Source of the DNA: Camelus dromedarius
Taxonomy: Eukaryota
Length of the DNA: 64,000 nucleotides
Reading direction: 5' to 3'
Assembly: GCF_036321535.1 (NCBI RefSeq)
Contig: NC_087436.1
Location: 82,708,001 to 82,772,000 of the forward strand
Shown piece after piece: positions 59,601-64,000 of this stretch (the stretch's first letter is position 1; each line of letters starts with the position of its first letter). The notes under the pieces were generated by a model that was given only the letters and a program-made list of their open reading frames with translations, was not told the DNA's origin and ran no database searches. The position numbers were made by a program, and so were the translations under genes.

Positions 59601-60129
59601 GAGACTGGCCTAGGATTCATGCCCCAGGGACCACTCAGAGCTTCTTTCTTCATACAGAAAGGACACCCTGTTAAGATAAGTGAATCTAACGAGGAATCAG
59701 AAGAGGGCATTTTGGATAAGAGAACATGTAACAACCCTATCAATGTTTTATTTCTTTGCCCTTTAGAGTTAATTAAGAAGATAATGTTTCCACCGCTTTC
59801 ATGTCATGCTCAGGTGATCAAAGGAGGATCTCTTTGAGAACAAAGACTGTTAGTAAACAAGGAAAATCTCCTTTCATGCTGTTGTCAAAACAGGACAAGA
59901 CCTCCTCCCTGTCAAGCAGTCAAGCAGTCCCCACACAGGGCGTGATTGTAACAGGGCTGCGAGGATTTGACTGCAGCTCTTCAGTTTGCTTACCACAACT
60001 CCATAGACAGCCGGTAGGGGGACCATCAGCGCAAATGGAGTCAAACAGTTTACACAAAAGCAAAAGCAAAAGCAGGATCAGCATGAGGTCTGCTCCCTGT
60101 ATCCCTGGTCCCATGGGAAGACCATGACC

Positions 60130-60712
60130 AGAGGGGCAGGCGACAGACAGCACAGGTGGTAGGGCATTCTGCTGTGGAGCGCCAGTTCCCACCTCAGCCA
60201 AGCAGGTAGACTTGAGCAAAAGTCTGTGATTGAACCCTAAGTGGGTGTAGTTGAAAGTCCTGTGCTCTACCGACTACCAGGCATTTTGCCAAAGACTTGG
60301 GTTGGACTGCACTCAGTTCTTGCCCATATGGTCTCTATGGAAACCGGCAAGGTTGTCAGGGAGCTGGTCCCCTACATGCCTCTTCCAGATACTGAGGTCT
60401 GGAAGGCTCATGAGTGTCCCGGACCATTTAAGGAAGGCTGGCCATACAGGGGAGTTCAGATGGGCTAAGAAAGGTCTTAGGGCATGAAACGTGGTTACTT
60501 CTGCGAGACAATTCATGGCAGACCTGTGGGTCCTCACCAGACAACAGTATGCTAATTGGCCTTCTTGCACAGGCCACACTTCAGGGGTGGATGGTCTCTG
60601 AGTATTAGCGTGGCCACAGGGTAGCTGCTTCTGAGAGATGACTCTGCCCCTCTCCTTGTGGTCACCCGAGGCCTGTCCCCTCATTTCAAGTCCCCCTTAC
60701 CTCCTTCAACAT
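60130..60712 (-). mobile_element. Possible ancient ERVL-type LTR (family unresolved)
   Basis: GC-elevated ~580-bp block ending ccccttacctccttcaaca, LTR-like terminus; resemblance only. Confidence 0.3.
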
Positions 60713-61470
60713 GATGCCTCAATCAGTCATCCCCAGCTGGCAGCCAGGGTGAGCCGTATTTAATCTGTGGGGAGCACGGAATAGCCCCCTTCCTCTTCAA
60801 TTTATTATTGTAACGTAAAGTCTATACTTTGCCCCTTTTGTGGCTGACCCTGTTGGTTTTCTAACATCCTTTCCTCCCTTAACGAGATTTTCACCTTGCA
60901 AAACTAAAGCTTTGGCTTTCAAGATGATTGCTTCTGCCAAGAGTTTCAAGAGCCTGTTTCAGAACAGAAAAACCAAATTTTGACTTTCTTTCTATTTGGA
61001 TTCCTCTTATTTAAAAAAAAAAAATCCATCTCTAGGCAAAGTGAATCCCTCTGAATGAGAAGAGAAGAAATAATGAAAGTGCAAGAAAAACATAAACATA
61101 CTCTTTTGAAAAGGATAGTCTAATGTCGAGAAATATGTCTCACTTTAAAACAAGAATCAATATTAATTACAAGGAAATCATGAAGCAATCACTTGGACCT
61201 TTTGTTTATCCAAGTGCAAATAACTGTAAATACATTTTGCCCTTAGATCTTTGAAGTACTCAGTGGGTTAGAAACTCACTAACTTGATTTGTTGTTCTAA
61301 GAATGAAAGTTCCATGTAAATTAAATTCTCCTGTGTTCTGGTCTTTTTCAGGAGGCTTTCTGTCCTGTGTTTCATAACTCCCAGCATCTAAGTCTGTAAG
61401 ACCTCCATCAATGTTTGCAGAACTTGCCTTCTGGTTTTTAAAATACAAATTCAACCTTCACAATTTCAGT

Positions 61471-61691
61471 CATGGGCCAGCCAATTTCTCTGTAAAGGAC
61501 CAGACAGTAGATATTTTTAGCTTTGCGGGCCATATGGTTTCTTTCACAACTACCGTAATCTGTCATTGCAGCAAAAGCAGTCATAGACAATATGTAAATA
61601 AATGGGCATGGCTGTGTCCCAATAAAACTTGATTTCCAAAAACAGATGTTGGGCCAGATTTGGCCCACAGGCCATAGTTTGCTGACTCCCA
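61471..61691 (+). mobile_element. hAT-Charlie MITE (MER58A-like)
   Basis: ctgtaaaggaccagacagtagatatttttagctttgcgggccatatgg...ggctgtgtcccaataaaactt...gggccagatttggcccacaggccatagtttgctgac. Confidence 0.9.
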
Positions 61692-62103
61692 TTTTAGATG
61701 ATTGTAAAAAGTCATAACCATAAAGAACTGATTAATTTTTGTGAATGACTTAGGATATAAACAAACTATCAGTGAGCTCGCCACAGATTCAGCAAAATTT
61801 CTGGTATTTGAAACAGCAATGTGGGAATTATCTCCTTCCTGCAGCTGCTTAATAAAATGCTTCTGACAGTTCCTGGACCTAAACAGATCAAGAATGTTAT
61901 TTATTTTTAATAAATAATATTTAAAGGTAATATTTTCATTATCTTAATTATCTTTTGAAATTTGTCAGAGACTGTCAGGGATGTACCCCTTAGCCAGTGG
62001 AGGGAAAGCTGGGTCTCAATTCTAGGACAGTTATGTAAAATCAACAGCACAACATAAACCATTACTTATGCTGTGTAGAATGAGTAGTTATCAGATCCAG
62101 TGC

Positions 62104-62585
62104 TGTGATGGTTAATTTCATGTGTCTTGGCTGGGCCACAGGGTGCCCAAATTAAACATTTTTATTTCTGGGTGTGTCTGTTAGCGGTCTCCTGGATGAG
62201 ATTAGCATTTGAATCAGTGGATTCAGTAAAGTAGGTTGTCCTGCGCAAGGTGGGTGGGCATCATCCAGTCCACTGAGGGCCTGCAAAGAACAAAAAGGCA
62301 GAGGAAGGAGACATTTCACCTCTTTTGCTTCCTGCCTGGCTGCTTAAACGGGGACATCTGTCTTCTGCCCTTGGGCTGGGATTTGCACCAGCTGCTCCGC
62401 TGGCCCTCAGGCCTTGTGATTCAGATCAGGTTTATACCTCTGGCTCTCCTGGGTCTCCAGCTTGCAGATGGTAGATGATGGGACTTATCAGCCCTCAGAA
62501 TCATGTGAGCCAATTCCTCATAGTAAATCTCTTCCTATCTATATAACTTATCAGTTCTGTCTCTGGAGAGAGACAGACTAATATA
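62104..62585 (+). mobile_element. ERVL solo LTR (MLT2B/D-like)
   Basis: tgtgatggttaatttcatgtgtc...gatgagattagcatttgaatcagtgg...tctccagcttgcagatggtagatgatgggac...catgtgagccaattcc...gactaatata. Confidence 0.9.
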
Positions 62586-62654
62586 AGGACACCAATCACT
62601 TTAAAAGTAATTTTTAGTGAATTTTCAATACCTACATTGCTATCAGGGACTAAC

Positions 62655-63259
62655 CCAAGCACACTGTATTCTCCAAAGATGGCTCCAACTCTATCTCCCC
62701 TTCCACAAGCTCTTCTGCAATGTGACATTGCCACTTCCCCCCCAAGGTGTGGAGCCTGTATCTGCCCCGCTTGGGATCTGTCTGCTTTGCCTAATATGAC
62801 GACTCCAACCATTCCAAGCTTAGTACACGTCTGCTTTCTGCTCTTGAGACCCAGGAGAGGTTCAGGAAAGGGGAGGCCTCCAAAGGAAGAACAGAACATA
62901 ACAGAATGTAATTTGCATTGGGAACTTTTATTATTAGACCCACAGATCCAGTTAATGAATTTTTGACCCACTGAGTATTTTAAGTCCTGAGCCAGCATAT
63001 GAGACGTCCAGTCTGTTCTTCTGGGGAGAGAAGTCATGTGGGAAAACACCAGAGCACCACCTTGGATGTGCAGCCCAACCAGGTATTCAGACCGTCCCTG
63101 CACCTGCTCCGTCTGAATGTCCCACATGATCGACCCTAAGCAAGGACCTGACAGCTGAGCCAAGTCACCCTACAGAACCTGGAGAGAAAATAATCAACTG
63201 GTGCTTTAAGCCACTAAGTTTGGAGGTAGCTTGTTACACAGCAATAGAAAACTGGAACA
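62655..63259 (+). mobile_element. MaLR solo LTR (MLT1H/I-like)
   Basis: ctgtattctccaaagatggc...gctcttctgcaatgtgacattgccac...gctttaagccactaagtttggagg...gttacacagcaatagaaaactggaaca. Confidence 0.8.
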
Positions 63260-64000
63260 GGAACTGACAAGCAGAGAGAGAATCTGGGTTCGTGAGAATT
63301 AAGAAAGTCATGTGAGAAGAACCCAAATAAAATAATAACAATGCAGACAAAAACGAGTTCAAAACTACAAACTGAGGAGACTAGATATGCCCCAATTAGG
63401 TTAAAAAAAATTGTATGTGTCCAATACAGTGAACAACTAGCTGGTATATGTTGCCATGTTCTGTCTCTTAAGAGGATGCTTGGTCCTGCAAAACAAAACG
63501 CAACTGCCGAAAAACACTGTTTGGAATGAGAGATTATTTTCCCCTCACACAACAATGTTTTACAGCAAATTCCAGCAATGTCACCACTTCCTGGAGGAAA
63601 GGGCTGGTATCATTATAATTACATGTTAACTATAGCCTCTGAATTACATTTTAAGGTGTAGTAAGAAATCTTTCTAATATAAAAATAAAAGTAAATTATA
63701 TTGACATGTCTTCTCTTTGCTAGTAATAGCTGAGTGGGTAAACAAAGAGCCTAGAGAGATGAACACAGCTAGTTCCATGTTGTTCTGTGACCCTTCGTGG
63801 TTCTGTATCTGGCTGAAATTTTTAGGTACTTCTGTTGAAATTCCCAAACATAAGAGAAAAAAAAACCTAAAAATAAAAATAATTTGGGGGTAGATGAAAA
63901 AGTTGGTTGTGAGCGACGTTTTTAAAAGTGATCTTTTTTCATCTTAGGGTGAATACTGATAGTCATGGATGAACATATTTAAAATGGAAACATTTTCTCC

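Noticed and set aside
62501-63163. 220-aa minus-strand ORF, the longest in the track
   Set aside because: Runs antisense through MLT1H/I and MLT2 LTRs; no recognisable domain.
63400-64000. Possible MEPE promoter or first exon at the window end
   Set aside because: Synteny predicts MEPE downstream of IBSP, but no MEPE signal-peptide exon or recognisable 5'UTR is visible here.
1-64000. CRISPR arrays, rRNA genes or prokaryotic systems
   Set aside because: The sequence is mammalian; no regularly interspaced repeats or rRNA similarity seen.

Overview
Mammalian genomic DNA with one protein-coding gene, IBSP (bone sialoprotein, SIBLING/SCPP family), on the + strand. It has a non-coding exon 1 (~44504-44585) and six coding exons (46955-47008, 47104-47154, 47250-47327, 50242-50304, 54350-54523, 55092-55628) joined by GT-AG introns. 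All five introns within the CDS are phase 0, and the 957-nt CDS gives a 318-aa protein with signal peptide, two poly-Glu tracts, NxS/T sequons and a C-terminal RGD. The proximal promoter shows the characteristic inverted TATA and inverted CCAAT boxes. The other ~44 kb upstream and ~8 kb downstream are non-coding and dominated by transposon relics: L1, L2, MIR, MaLR/ERVL/ERV1 solo LTRs, hAT elements and five tRNA-Ala-derived SINEs. The SINEs resemble camelid vic-1, and I saw no ruminant or pig SINEs, so a camelid origin is inferred. Nearly all ORFs in the supplied track are spurious or repeat-derived. I found no evidence of a new gene system. The most unusual observations are retrotransposition oddities (an L1 carrying a 38-bp copy of its own flank, a SINE dimer inside one TSD, a SINE with an inverted tail fragment at its 5' end), a RUNX-site cluster ~14.5 kb upstream, and features of IBSP exon 7 (an RGE one base from a second RGD, CpG enrichment, a long open +1 frame). 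Repeat subfamily names and cross-species comparisons come from recalled consensus sequences, not from searches.
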